A stretch of DNA of 64,000 bases from a virus (taxonomy: Duplodnaviria; Caudoviricetes): the IMG/VR virus record IMGVR_UViG_3300011335_000731, positions 10,147 through 74,146 of that record; one strand, given 5' to 3'. Each line of letters opens with the position of its first letter. Positions within the stretch are counted from its first letter, which is position 1. The translations under genes were made by a program, and so were the position numbers. The notes below the pieces were generated by a model. It was not told the DNA's origin. It worked only from the letters and a program-made list of their open reading frames with translations, and made no database searches. Of the stretch, positions 47,078 through 57,174 are shown one piece after another.

Positions 47078-48339
47078 TGGACAAATATTTTCCAATCAAG
47101 ACGGCAACCTCTTGCCAATTGAAATGGAATTGGAGCACAATATATCTGTATTCCGGTGACACAGCCAGTTGTCATCGCAGCGGACATAGCAAGATAACTC
47201 CGGATACATTTGATACTTTTCATAACACTGAAAAAAAACAACAAGAACGCCGTCTAATGCTAGATGGCCAATGGCCCGAGGATGCAAGTTGCCAATATTG
47301 CCGAGAAATAGAACAGTCTGGAGGGTCCAGCGATCGTATTCGTCAACTTGCGATTCCAAATCAATCTCCTTGGGAGCTGGAATCTGATCCCACTGCTGTT
47401 GTAGTGCAACCTACTGTGCTTGAGGTTTATTTTAATAATCAATGCAATTTATCCTGCGTGTATTGTAGCCCGGATCTGAGTTCTAAGATCAATGCCGAAT
47501 ATGTCAAGCATGGACGATTTGAAAAAAACGGCCTGATACTTCAATCTCGTACCATCGATGCAATGCGTCCATCTATGTTGGAAAAGTTTTGGAATTGGAT
47601 GAAACAACATTCCACTGGCTTGGTGCGGCTTAATATTGCCGGCGGAGAGGGATTTTATCAACCCGAGCTGGAGACTTGTTTAGAATATTTCGAATCGTCG
47701 AGCCACCCTGATTTGGAATTTTGCATAATAACTAACCTAACACTGCCACCGGAAAAATTAGAAAAATACATACAACGATTTAAAAAGTTATTATCCTCAC
47801 GCCAACTCAAACGCATAGATTTGACCTGTAGTATCGACTGCTTGGGCGCTGAACAGGAATACACAAGACATGGGATGAAAGTGGATGCATGGATAACTAA
47901 CTTCGAAAGACTACTGGAAGAACGCTGGTTAAAATTGAATATAAATCAAACCATCAGCATTCTTACAATCAAAACTATGCCAGGGTTGATCGAGAAAATA
48001 AAAACATGGAAGTCTCAACATGAGATAGGACATTTTTTCAGTTTAGTGCTTCCTGGGCCGGTACAGAAGGCAACCTATCTACATCCTAATATCGTAGGGA
48101 GTAAAGTGTTCGAAGAAGATTTCAATCTGATCTTAGAGATCATGCCACGAGATACCACTGAAGATTTATTATCTCTCCAGTATATGGAAGGTATTGCAAC
48201 ACACTACTCTCAGTCTACTCCTATGTACTCAGAGATGCTTAAATTAAAAACTTTTTTAGATGAAAATGATCGTCGCCGAGGAACCAGTTGGACAGAGACT
48301 TTTCCTTGGCTAGTGAAAGAACTAGAACATGTGGTATAG
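47077..48339 (+). CDS. Twitch-domain radical SAM protein
   Basis: SCQLKW...TASCH, CQYC, CNLSCVYC, IAGGEG, ITN, SID. Confidence 0.85.
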   Translation: MDKYFPIKTATSCQLKWNWSTIYLYSGDTASCHRSGHSKITPDTFDTFHNTEKKQQERRLMLDGQWPEDASCQYCREIEQSGGSSDRIRQLAIPNQSPWELESDPTAVVVQPTVLEVYFNNQCNLSCVYCSPDLSSKINAEYVKHGRFEKNGLILQSRTIDAMRPSMLEKFWNWMKQHSTGLVRLNIAGGEGFYQPELETCLEYFESSSHPDLEFCIITNLTLPPEKLEKYIQRFKKLLSSRQLKRIDLTCSIDCLGAEQEYTRHGMKVDAWITNFERLLEERWLKLNINQTISILTIKTMPGLIEKIKTWKSQHEIGHFFSLVLPGPVQKATYLHPNIVGSKVFEEDFNLILEIMPRDTTEDLLSLQYMEGIATHYSQSTPMYSEMLKLKTFLDENDRRRGTSWTETFPWLVKELEHVV

Positions 48340-48781
48340 CAAGGTAGTTGCCAACTTAGCGGCCATTCCAGACTTCATAGACCATTACGAAGCAGAGCTT
48401 GAACTGGCCAAACGAGATTGTAAAATCTCAGGTGTGCTGGAAAAGAACATCAGTGCCCTGCCCGGCATCACAGAACAACGCTTTAATCAACTACAGGAGA
48501 TTGAAGCTGTGTTAAATTATCTCAACATCCAACTACGCAAGATACGCAGGAAACACTTCCAAAAGTATCTTGAAGGCTATGCCCGAGCACTAACTAGTCG
48601 TGATGCAGAAAAGTATGCAGAGGGTGAGGATGAAGTTGTGGACTTTGAAACCATCATCAACGAAGTGGCATTGCTACGCAATCGTTGGTTAGGTATCATG
48701 AAAGGGCTGGATACCAAACAATGGCAAATGGGTCATGTGGTTCGCTTACGCACAGCAGGTATGGAAGATATTACACTATGA
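48329..48781 (+). CDS. uvsY: Recombination mediator, UvsY-like
   Basis: Helical; YLE...RALTSRDAEKY.EGEDEV...IMKGLD.K.WQ. Confidence 0.7.
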   Translation: MWYSKVVANLAAIPDFIDHYEAELELAKRDCKISGVLEKNISALPGITEQRFNQLQEIEAVLNYLNIQLRKIRRKHFQKYLEGYARALTSRDAEKYAEGEDEVVDFETIINEVALLRNRWLGIMKGLDTKQWQMGHVVRLRTAGMEDITL

Positions 48782-48805
48782 CCGATTTGCGTGATACATA
48801 CTGTT

Positions 48806-49792
48806 ATGAAACGCACCGCATTTGTAACAGGCATGACCGGCCAAGACGGTCCTTATCTAGCTAAACTGCTGATCGAAAAAGGCTATCATGTTTATGGCCT
48901 TGTAAAACGATACTCAAATCCTAACTTAGACAATATCAAGTGGTTGGGCATTGAGAACGACATTGAGTTGATCACCGGTGATATCACCGATGAAAACAAC
49001 ATGAATCATCTCATGCAAACACTCAAACCCAACGAGGTATACAATCTCGCAGCACAGAGCTTTGTGGGCGCAAGTTGGGATCTTAACAAACTCACCACAG
49101 AAGTTAATTCTATAGGTGTGCTGAATCTACTTAATGCTATACGCACCCACAGCCCTAACACACGCTTCTATCAAGCCAGTACCAGCGAAATGTTTGGCAA
49201 TGCCACAGAAGCAGGATCACAGGGCGAAACCACACCGTTCCGCCCACGCAGCCCATATGGCGTGAGCAAGTTGTACAGCCATTGGATGACCATTAACTTC
49301 CGTGAAAGCTATAGCTTGTACGCCTGTTCAGGAATCTTGTTCAATCACGAAAGCCCGTTGCGTGGCCGTGAATTTGTCACACGCAAAGTCACTGACGGTG
49401 TTGCTCGTATCAAGCTAGGACTTGCAGATTCTATCACCTTGGGCAATCTCGACGCTCGTCGAGATTGGGGATTTGCTGGAGACTTTGTAGAAGCCATGTG
49501 GATGATGTTACAGCAACCCACTGCCCGTGACTATGTGATCGCTACCGGTGAGCAACATAGCATTGGTGAACTATGTGATGTGGCATTCCGACATGCAGGC
49601 ATTGAGGATTGGGCAAACTTGGTTAAATCTGATCCGCGATTCAAACGCCCTGCTGAACTGTACAGTTTGCTAGGTGATAGTTCCTCAGCTAGAAACATAC
49701 TAGGATGGCAACCAAGAACCAATTTTGCTACCATGATCCAACACATGGTAGACGCTGATCTAAAGAGACTTCAACAATCTACTCAACGGTAA
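48806..49792 (+). CDS. gmd: GDP-mannose 4,6-dehydratase
   Basis: TGMTGQDGPYLA, YNLAAQSFV, YQASTSEMFG, PRSPYGVSK, LFNHESP.RG.EFVTRK; TACATA-N5-ATG. Confidence 0.95.
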   Translation: MKRTAFVTGMTGQDGPYLAKLLIEKGYHVYGLVKRYSNPNLDNIKWLGIENDIELITGDITDENNMNHLMQTLKPNEVYNLAAQSFVGASWDLNKLTTEVNSIGVLNLLNAIRTHSPNTRFYQASTSEMFGNATEAGSQGETTPFRPRSPYGVSKLYSHWMTINFRESYSLYACSGILFNHESPLRGREFVTRKVTDGVARIKLGLADSITLGNLDARRDWGFAGDFVEAMWMMLQQPTARDYVIATGEQHSIGELCDVAFRHAGIEDWANLVKSDPRFKRPAELYSLLGDSSSARNILGWQPRTNFATMIQHMVDADLKRLQQSTQR

Positions 49793-50593
49793 TCCTGAGG
49801 TGATCTCACCTAGTGTCCACTCTGTGTGGCACAGTTGTTCTAACCACGCTGCTCTTTCGGGCATGCGTGGTTTTTCTATCTGAGCGAAGTCTGTGTTGGC
49901 CACTGGTAAGGCCATGCTATCCGCACCCACAAATGCTGGAACACCATCAATGATAGCTTGACTGCCCGGTCCGGAGTTTTCATTGACCACTGCCCAAGCA
50001 CGCCCTAGACTGCTGCGGAAATCAAACTCATCATAGGTTCCACGCAAGGCCTGTGGTTGCTGTATCCGCACACCGGGTATGGGCTTCAATCGTTGTCTAG
50101 GATGTGGACGAACTATGATCTCACGATCAGTGTGTGCCCGTAGACGATCCACAGTTTGTTGTAACCATTGTTCAGCAGGTGGTAATCCTGCCCATTGTTC
50201 ACTGTCTGTTCGTTGCATGGCTATCAAGATATGATCTCCTTGATGCCAAGGCTGTAGTCGCACAGCAAGTTTGCCGGCACGCCCGGGCTCAAATTCCTCA
50301 ATCCAACCGGCACGACCATTCACACCATTGATACCTATCTTCCAGGTCACACCGCGCATGAGTTGCCCAACTTCTAACACTATCACAGGCTTTCCTGCTG
50401 CTGTGAACTCTTGCCATACAGCACGATTAGGAGCCATGCGCCCGGTCCATAACTGACTCCAGATCACAGCCACATCTGCAGAAGAGTTATGCTCTGTGAC
50501 TCTTATACCGTTCTTTTTGCAGCCAGCAGCAAATGCTTCAAACACTGGGCCGGAGTTGAGTGCGCCAAATCTATTAAAAATACTGATCATCAT
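49760..50593 (-). CDS. Capsule-synthesis (KpsS/KpsC-like) glycosyltransferase-like protein, paralogue 1
   Basis: ILIAMQ, IIVRPHP, VNENSGPGSQAIIDGVP; start at MMISIF. Confidence 0.5.
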   Translation of the reverse strand: MMISIFNRFGALNSGPVFEAFAAGCKKNGIRVTEHNSSADVAVIWSQLWTGRMAPNRAVWQEFTAAGKPVIVLEVGQLMRGVTWKIGINGVNGRAGWIEEFEPGRAGKLAVRLQPWHQGDHILIAMQRTDSEQWAGLPPAEQWLQQTVDRLRAHTDREIIVRPHPRQRLKPIPGVRIQQPQALRGTYDEFDFRSSLGRAWAVVNENSGPGSQAIIDGVPAFVGADSMALPVANTDFAQIEKPRMPERAAWLEQLCHTEWTLGEITSGLPLSRLLKSL

Positions 50594-50602
50594 ATATTGT
50601 AT

Positions 50603-50612
50603 TAAATAGTTA
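50603..50612. promoter_or_regulatory. Overlapping divergent late-like promoters
   Basis: TAAATA on plus at 50603-50608; TAACTA on minus at 50607-50612. Confidence 0.45.
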
Positions 50613-50629
50613 TTCAAACTTGGAAGCCT

Positions 50630-51451
50630 ATGACAAAATACGCAGTAGTAACCACATTCAATCAAGCAGGCTACGACAAGTACGCCAGCCGGATGATTGA
50701 TACCTTCTTAAAAACCTGGCCCAAAGGTGTTGATCTTTATGTGTACACAGAAGATTGCACAATCACACAAACAGCCACGAATCTACATGTGAGAAACTTG
50801 CACGAAGTAAGCCCGGAAATAGTTGCGTTCAAACAGCGATGGGGATCTGATCCTCGAGCTCGCGGCGAAGTAGCCACAGGACCTGCGGATGCCAAGGGCA
50901 AAGCACCGGGCATAGGATTCCGTTGGGATGCTATTAGGTTCTGCCACAAGGCCTACAGTGTGTTCCATGCTGCTGCTAACTGCAAGACTGATGTGTTATT
51001 TTGGATGGATGCCGATATGGTATGTCATACCGGACCTACTGAAGCATTCTTAGTGCTACAGATGCCTGCAGATGTAGGGCTTGCTTATCTAGGCAGAGAA
51101 AAGAAGTTCAGTGAATGTGGGTTGTATGGCATGAACTTGAATAACTCCGTGACCAAGTTGTGGTTGAAAGAGTTCCAACTAGCATATGATTCTGGGCGCC
51201 TTATGACCATGGCTGAATGGAATGATTGCTGGGTGTTTGACGAGACTAGAAAAGAAGTACAAGCCCAACATCCCGAATGGCGAGTACTGAACTGGAGTGC
51301 AGGATTGATCAAAGGTGAAGGGCATCCACTGATCAATACAGCCTGGGGTGGATACTTAGATCATCTCAAAGGTAATAGAAAAGCTACCGGTCGAAGTCTT
51401 GGATCTGATCTCATCCGACCCAGAAACGAGCGTTATTGGAAGATCGGTTAG
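50630..51451 (+). CDS. GT-A fold glycosyltransferase, paralogue A
   Basis: RFCHKAY, FWMDAD (DxD), SECG, W.DC.VFD, DH.KG. Confidence 0.7.
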   Translation: MTKYAVVTTFNQAGYDKYASRMIDTFLKTWPKGVDLYVYTEDCTITQTATNLHVRNLHEVSPEIVAFKQRWGSDPRARGEVATGPADAKGKAPGIGFRWDAIRFCHKAYSVFHAAANCKTDVLFWMDADMVCHTGPTEAFLVLQMPADVGLAYLGREKKFSECGLYGMNLNNSVTKLWLKEFQLAYDSGRLMTMAEWNDCWVFDETRKEVQAQHPEWRVLNWSAGLIKGEGHPLINTAWGGYLDHLKGNRKATGRSLGSDLIRPRNERYWKIG

Positions 51452-52197
51452 TCGTTGTCTGTGGCACAGATGCCGTCAACATCGCCTTGAACATATTCAG
51501 CTTTTGAATGCTTGGCTTTGTAGTGAATAAGATGATCACCTAGTATGGTATGCCGCAGCGGAGTCTTGTAACTCTTACCAAACCCTGCACATAGATCAAA
51601 TACAGCAGCATCGGGAACAACCGCTAACGCAGCACCAAACACATCATTGTCATAGTATCTACGCAGATCAGCGTAATCGCGTTCATGGTAACGACGACGA
51701 TATTCAGATCTGAATGCAGCAAAATCTTCATGCTGAGTATTCACAGCAAAAATTCCAGTCTCGGGCACTAACCAATCACCTGGGTTGCCGCTTTTGTCTG
51801 TGACATACCTCACACCCATGTATGTGGTTAGATTACCGGGTCTTAATGCTCTGCGTAACAATTCAATAGGTATGGATTGCACAGTGATCACATCGGCATC
51901 TAACCACACTACCCATTCAGCAGGACTGTGATGTATGGCATGCATGAAACTGTATGCTTTCTTGGCAAACTTTTTCATGCTCTGATTGAGATTGGTGTCC
52001 TGTTGATATCGTTCGTAGTCCGGATCTAACTGTGAGAAATCTATCTGGTGTATACGGCTGTGCTCGGGCAATCGGAATTCTTCCACATAACAAGTGAGTC
52101 GAATATCTTCAGGCCAATGTTCTAGGAAACTGCTCACGCAATCTCGACCGATAAGGTCGTAGTACAGTTGATTGAAACTGGTGATTACTTGGATCAT
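51448..52197 (-). CDS. GT-A fold glycosyltransferase, paralogue B
   Basis: KFAKKAY, VWLDAD, PETG, YDNDVFG, HYKA; start at MIQVITSFNQ (ATGA overlap). Confidence 0.7.
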   Translation of the reverse strand: MIQVITSFNQLYYDLIGRDCVSSFLEHWPEDIRLTCYVEEFRLPEHSRIHQIDFSQLDPDYERYQQDTNLNQSMKKFAKKAYSFMHAIHHSPAEWVVWLDADVITVQSIPIELLRRALRPGNLTTYMGVRYVTDKSGNPGDWLVPETGIFAVNTQHEDFAAFRSEYRRRYHERDYADLRRYYDNDVFGAALAVVPDAAVFDLCAGFGKSYKTPLRHTILGDHLIHYKAKHSKAEYVQGDVDGICATDND

Positions 52198-53159
52198 TTT
52201 GTTGCCCATTTCTTCATGTGTGCCCAGCATGCTCCTGAGCGTAGTTCTTCGTGGCTCCAGTGGAATTGGCTGATCCGTTGTATCCATGCTTCACGGTCAG
52301 GCATGAGTGGATTTTCTATGCGATGTATGCCCTGAGTGGCTATGTCTTTTGCTTGACTGCGCTCAGGATCTGTTAGGATCACAGGGATTCCTTCTATGGC
52401 TGCTGCCACTGCTGGGCTGGAGTTGTGATTCACTACCACCCAACAGTCCACAAAATCATCTATGAGACTGGTTCCTTCTCCACTGACCGCAACATTGTTG
52501 ATCTTGCGACCTTGGCACAGTTTCAACAGCCTCTCACAGTATTTCCTGGCCTTCTTGTCACCAGGATGTGGCCGTATGCGTATGGGTCGATCTGAATACT
52601 TGCGTATTTCAATTATGTTCTTCAATGCCCAATCTACCACATCCCATCCAGCCATGCTCCATCCGCCATCACGCTGTAGGCATAGCAAGATATGATCGCC
52701 AGATTGTCGCCAGGGATGTAGTTGTACCTTGCAAAAAGCCTGCACTTGATTCCATCGTTCAGGATCGGGAGACTGATCGCAGTATTCACCGGTGTTGGCA
52801 AAGATACCATCATAACTGTAACGCAGCCAATAGCCAGGATTGGTCTTGTTCTTGTATAGAAACAAGTTGCTGTCTGCGATTACTGTGCGCCCACCATGCG
52901 CTCGTTGCCCATCTAGGATCTCTTGTCTAAACTGTAGATGTGCAGCAGTCTTACCATGCTCATGCACCCACCCTAAGATCACAGCAACTTCGCTGGGCTG
53001 ATAGGTCATGTTGGTTTCGATTATGCCTTGATCACCTTGGGCATTGACACCTCTTACGAAATATCGCAATGTGTCAAGTTTGTCGTTGGCGTTCTTGAGA
53101 CTTTCTTCTGTGTATTTCTCTTTTCGAGGCAGTGTGGCGGTGTAACTTATAACTCTCAT
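52194..53159 (-). CDS. KpsS/KpsC-like glycosyltransferase-like protein, paralogue 2
   Basis: ILLCLQ, IRIRPHP, VNHNSSPAVAAAIEGIP. Confidence 0.5.
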   Translation of the reverse strand: MRVISYTATLPRKEKYTEESLKNANDKLDTLRYFVRGVNAQGDQGIIETNMTYQPSEVAVILGWVHEHGKTAAHLQFRQEILDGQRAHGGRTVIADSNLFLYKNKTNPGYWLRYSYDGIFANTGEYCDQSPDPERWNQVQAFCKVQLHPWRQSGDHILLCLQRDGGWSMAGWDVVDWALKNIIEIRKYSDRPIRIRPHPGDKKARKYCERLLKLCQGRKINNVAVSGEGTSLIDDFVDCWVVVNHNSSPAVAAAIEGIPVILTDPERSQAKDIATQGIHRIENPLMPDREAWIQRISQFHWSHEELRSGACWAHMKKWATK

Positions 53160-53968
53160 TGTTCTTGCATCATCTTGAATGCTATTCCGTTTTGTAATTC
53201 ACGAACATGATATTGTCCGTAAGCCATGCTGTGACACCATGCCATCAACAGGTCCTGATCTGGATAGAATACCTTTTCTATCATAGCAAGATCTCGATTG
53301 GCCACAGGTTCTGCTACATGACTGGGTGCTAACACAAACGCCGGCACACCTGCCAATATGCTTTCCACTGCTGCTATGCTGTTGAAAGTAACCAATGCAT
53401 GCACATCTTGTTCTAACACTTGGCTCAAGGGTTCTTTCAATACTCGATCTTCTCGTTTGGGCGCACGCTCTCGAACTACCACAGGACGATCTGTGTGCTT
53501 TTTGATTTCGGCTACAGTTTCTTGTATCCATTCTTGCTGATCTATACCATAATATCTGCAGGGCTTTTCATCTGGTGCTGCTACAATGATTTTGTGCCCT
53601 GATCGTCTTGGATGTATTTTCATACCCAATCGATCCCACCGGTCACTGGGTCTTGGTGTTATGGTTTTATGCTGTAGATCGTTACGCACTATCCTGTGAT
53701 AGTGTTTGATACCTTGACTATTGCGTGTGCCCACATTGTTGCCCACATAACCTGAATCCATAAAATAGAAGGTGTTGCCATCTGCTAGGCACTGTTTCAT
53801 GATCTTGTGCTTAAGGATGCCGCGCAGCACCAACTGATTGCGATCTACTTTTATATCATATTTGTAATCAAAGTAGTCTGAATCCGTGGGCGTCATCTTA
53901 GCACTAGCAGCCAACATGTTTATATACTCGTCCTTGCCACCTTTGCTGAGAAAGATCCAACCGGTCAT
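53156..53968 (-). CDS. KpsS/KpsC-like glycosyltransferase-like protein, paralogue 3
   Basis: VVVRER, VTFNSIAAVESILAGVP. Confidence 0.5.
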   Translation of the reverse strand: MTGWIFLSKGGKDEYINMLAASAKMTPTDSDYFDYKYDIKVDRNQLVLRGILKHKIMKQCLADGNTFYFMDSGYVGNNVGTRNSQGIKHYHRIVRNDLQHKTITPRPSDRWDRLGMKIHPRRSGHKIIVAAPDEKPCRYYGIDQQEWIQETVAEIKKHTDRPVVVRERAPKREDRVLKEPLSQVLEQDVHALVTFNSIAAVESILAGVPAFVLAPSHVAEPVANRDLAMIEKVFYPDQDLLMAWCHSMAYGQYHVRELQNGIAFKMMQEQ

Positions 53969-54636
53969 TGAGTCACCTCAATGCTGCATTGTTGATGTTC
54001 ACTGCGATACAAAGTGCGAAAACTTCGTTGATGGGTTCTTATCCACTCACCTAATGCTTGAAATTCACCGTGCTCCCAGAGATCATATCGATCAAGATCA
54101 TTCCAGGGATACATCTCATCAAATACTATCACAGTGCCGGGCACAATACGATCATTCAACAAATTTAATATATCTAGTGTGCTGCTGTATAGATCACAAT
54201 CTACATGCAAAAATGACACCACGCCGGGGTTGTCTTTCATCCAAGGAACTATGGTCTGATTGAACCACCCGGGCACTAGATTTACTTTTCTTTTTGCAAA
54301 CTGATTCACAATGTCTGACAGTTCCTCTTGATCTAAGGAAAATTTTCCAGCAGGGTGTCGAGGACCCGATTGAGAACTCATCATGAACCAAGGTTCGGGT
54401 AATCCTTCAAAACTATCAAATCCCCACACAGTGTGATTGGAAAAATGGTCCGAGATGACTTTCAGTGTTCTGCCCTGCCATACTCCAAATTCCATCACAT
54501 GTCCTGACAGTTTGACTTTGCTCAGTGCATGAGCCAAATGGCTATACCTCTGTGGTTGCTTACTTTTATTCTTACAGTCAACAATCCGAGCCGAATGTAA
54601 ACAATCTATTCCAAAGTTCTTGCTATCGATGATCAT
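53965..54636 (-). CDS. TylF/MycF-family O-methyltransferase
   Basis: MEFGVWQG, GFDSFEGLPE, GWFNQT, LHVDCDLYSST, IVFDE. Confidence 0.85.
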   Translation of the reverse strand: MIIDSKNFGIDCLHSARIVDCKNKSKQPQRYSHLAHALSKVKLSGHVMEFGVWQGRTLKVISDHFSNHTVWGFDSFEGLPEPWFMMSSQSGPRHPAGKFSLDQEELSDIVNQFAKRKVNLVPGWFNQTIVPWMKDNPGVVSFLHVDCDLYSSTLDILNLLNDRIVPGTVIVFDEMYPWNDLDRYDLWEHGEFQALGEWIRTHQRSFRTLYRSEHQQCSIEVTQ

Positions 54637-55322
54637 ACTATTATCCGTTGTTGGCAGTATTCTGTAAAGATACGCTCTCGATGCCAGTCATCACAGAAGT
54701 CCCCACGATCTGCAAACTCATGGAAGCAAGGAGTGCCTAGTGTGTAATGTACAAGTTTGGCTAAAGGATTCCACTCGTATTCTACATCCAACCAATTCCA
54801 TTCCTTGGGCAATTCACCTATGCGGTCGTCATCTAGCCAGGAGAATCTATGCAAGAATGCACCTGTTGATTGCTGCACAAACTCAGGAGTCAATGTCCGA
54901 TTGCGTATGGCATTGCAATTCCACAAGATGACTGAACTCCAGTTCTTCCTAGGATAGTTTTCATTTACACTGCCTAGATACTTTTCAGTCATCCTGGTTT
55001 CGTAGTCATGTTTAACAACCATGACATCTTGGGTATAGTCTTTCAATGCCCATAACTCTGCGATATCACCGCGCAGGATCATGTCGCCATCAATGAATAC
55101 GGCCCAACCTTGATAGTCCATGAGATATGGTACTAAGAAGCGTGTGTAGATGAAATGATTTGATCCATCTGTGTGTGTTTCCGAATACTCTTTGAACAAG
55201 TTCAGTGCCACGGGCACAATAGCCACCGGTTGGCTGCTGTTGCGTATGATTGAATTCACACAGGTATGATAAGCAATAGCCTCCCTAGGATCGTATCCCA
55301 CAAACACAGGAATGGGTTTCAT
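54633..55322 (-). CDS. GT8-like glycosyltransferase
   Basis: VFVGYDPRE, YTRFLVP, FIDGD, RKNWSSV, WNWL, HYTLGTP. Confidence 0.8.
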   Translation of the reverse strand: MKPIPVFVGYDPREAIAYHTCVNSIIRNSSQPVAIVPVALNLFKEYSETHTDGSNHFIYTRFLVPYLMDYQGWAVFIDGDMILRGDIAELWALKDYTQDVMVVKHDYETRMTEKYLGSVNENYPRKNWSSVILWNCNAIRNRTLTPEFVQQSTGAFLHRFSWLDDDRIGELPKEWNWLDVEYEWNPLAKLVHYTLGTPCFHEFADRGDFCDDWHRERIFTEYCQQRIIV

Positions 55323-55666
55323 CTGCGTTCTATATCTTCTTCAACACAATCTTCACCATATTGGATTTCAATCAACTTTAGTGGTTGATCAGTGTCATTG
55401 CATAACTGATGCCACGCACCCAGTTCAATCCAACAATGTTCATGCTGTGCGGGTTTTTCCAGTACTTCATAATCTGTGCTGTGCGGATCTACTGTGTAAA
55501 CTGTGGCTTGTCCTTCGGCTACAAACCAAAATTCTGCACGGCGCTCATGACGCTGCATACTGAGTCGTTGTCCGGGCAAGACAGTGAGTTCTTTGAGTTT
55601 GACATGGCGGCCAACTTCATGCAACACTTGATAATAGCCCCAGGGTCGTTCTGTTATGGTTTTCAT
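55319..55666 (-). CDS. Cupin, mannose-6-phosphate isomerase type II C-terminal-like
   Basis: RPWG, LSMQRH..RAEFW, WHQL.N, IEIQYG..C.EEDIER; start at MKTITERPWG. Confidence 0.85.
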   Translation of the reverse strand: MKTITERPWGYYQVLHEVGRHVKLKELTVLPGQRLSMQRHERRAEFWFVAEGQATVYTVDPHSTDYEVLEKPAQHEHCWIELGAWHQLCNDTDQPLKLIEIQYGEDCVEEDIERR

Positions 55667-55671
55667 AGAAA

Positions 55672-55699
55672 TATTTATCGGCGTACATAACGGTAAATA
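55672..55699. promoter_or_regulatory. Back-to-back late-like promoters, both with leaderless spacing
   Basis: TAAATA on minus (N5-ATG 55666) and on plus (N4-ATG 55704). Confidence 0.7.
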
Positions 55700-55703
55700 C
55701 ATT

Positions 55704-56447
55704 ATGACGACCCCGTTACCATATCCGGATGAACACTTCCTACCATACGAATCACAGTTCAGTTCACAGCACAGAGAAGATGGCATAATTGATCTCTTGT
55801 GCTCACATATCCAAGACCCTGACCACTGGGCCGTAGAAATAGGATCCGGAACAGGCGAACAGAACATGATCCGCAATCTCATTGAGAATCGCGGCTATCG
55901 TGGCATTGGGCACGATATGCATGAGCCCAAATGGCTGCATGAGAACTATGAACACAGGACCTGTGCTATAACCCCGGGCAAACTTGATTCTCTAGTGAAT
56001 GCATGGCCCACACGCACTCCGGACTTTTTCAGTTTAGACATTGACAGTTTTGACTTTTGGGTACTCAAAGATCTACTGCACAACTACAACTTCCGCCCTG
56101 CTGTGATGTGCTTGGAATACTTGAGTTATTACGGATCAGACTGGGTATGTGCTGTTCGCCCCGACCTGCACAAATACAAGGTTGCATTCTGCGGAACAAG
56201 TATAAGTGCATATCAACAACTGCTCAAACCCTTTGGCTATGAATTTTTCACTGTGGACACCTGTGGAGTAAATGGGTTTTTCTACTTGCCAAGTAGAATG
56301 AAAATACCCAATGATCTACACAATCTGCCACGCCATACCTGGAGAGAATATCCAAGGTATGTGAACTGGAGATCAACTTTGAATCTTTCTTTGATAGAAT
56401 TTGATCAGCGACTGCTATTTGAAAATATTCCCTATGCACAAACTTAA
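55704..56447 (+). CDS. SAM-dependent methyltransferase-like protein (FkbM-related)
   Basis: SQHREDGII, VEIGSG, FSLDIDSFD, CLEY, G.NGFF. Confidence 0.65.
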   Translation: MTTPLPYPDEHFLPYESQFSSQHREDGIIDLLCSHIQDPDHWAVEIGSGTGEQNMIRNLIENRGYRGIGHDMHEPKWLHENYEHRTCAITPGKLDSLVNAWPTRTPDFFSLDIDSFDFWVLKDLLHNYNFRPAVMCLEYLSYYGSDWVCAVRPDLHKYKVAFCGTSISAYQQLLKPFGYEFFTVDTCGVNGFFYLPSRMKIPNDLHNLPRHTWREYPRYVNWRSTLNLSLIEFDQRLLFENIPYAQT

Positions 56448-57165
56448 TCTCAACTGCCACGATCGTAATTTTGATTTTTATATACATGACCCCAGGGCGG
56501 ACCGAATGGTCAGTAGAAGAATACTAAAGAACAATGGCTGGGAAGGCGACATAACAAAAATATGGATGGATCACATCCGCCCAGGTGATCTTGTAGTAGA
56601 CATAGGTGCCAACATTGGATGGTACAGCAAAATGGCTGAACTTCAACAAGCAGAAGTGTTTGCGTTTGAACCCGACCCTAGGAACTTTGAGGTACTCAAA
56701 CAAAACTGCCCGTCGGCACACTTGTTTGAAGCAGCCTTGGGTGATACAGAATCCACTATAACTATCAACTACAATCCAGAAAACTATGGTGATACTAGAG
56801 TGTCAACTGCTGGATCAGTCACAGTAAAGCAAACTACACTAGACACAGTGATCGGTGATCGCGCACATGAAATCCGTGCTATAAAAATGGATGTGCAGGG
56901 CTGGGAGCCATATGTGATAGATGGCGCTGTGAACACTATGAAAAATCTACCCCTGGACTGCTTGGTGATCCTGGAGTTTTGCCCTGTGCTACTGGCAGAA
57001 AACAATTTTGACATGCACCGTCTGGATGAGTTTTTCCAGCTATTCACGAATTCCTATGCATTGAGAAAAGGAAAAACCATCAGCATCGAGTCTATGATTG
57101 AGTGGGCAGAACTGGTCAAGCATGACCCTCGGCAATTGTATGTTGATACTATTAACTTTGTGTAA
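56434..57165 (+). CDS. FkbM-family methyltransferase
   Basis: VDIGANIGWY, AFEPDP, TTLD, IKMDVQGWE. Confidence 0.9.
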   Translation: MHKLNLNCHDRNFDFYIHDPRADRMVSRRILKNNGWEGDITKIWMDHIRPGDLVVDIGANIGWYSKMAELQQAEVFAFEPDPRNFEVLKQNCPSAHLFEAALGDTESTITINYNPENYGDTRVSTAGSVTVKQTTLDTVIGDRAHEIRAIKMDVQGWEPYVIDGAVNTMKNLPLDCLVILEFCPVLLAENNFDMHRLDEFFQLFTNSYALRKGKTISIESMIEWAELVKHDPRQLYVDTINFV

Positions 57166-57174
57166 GGGTCAGAT

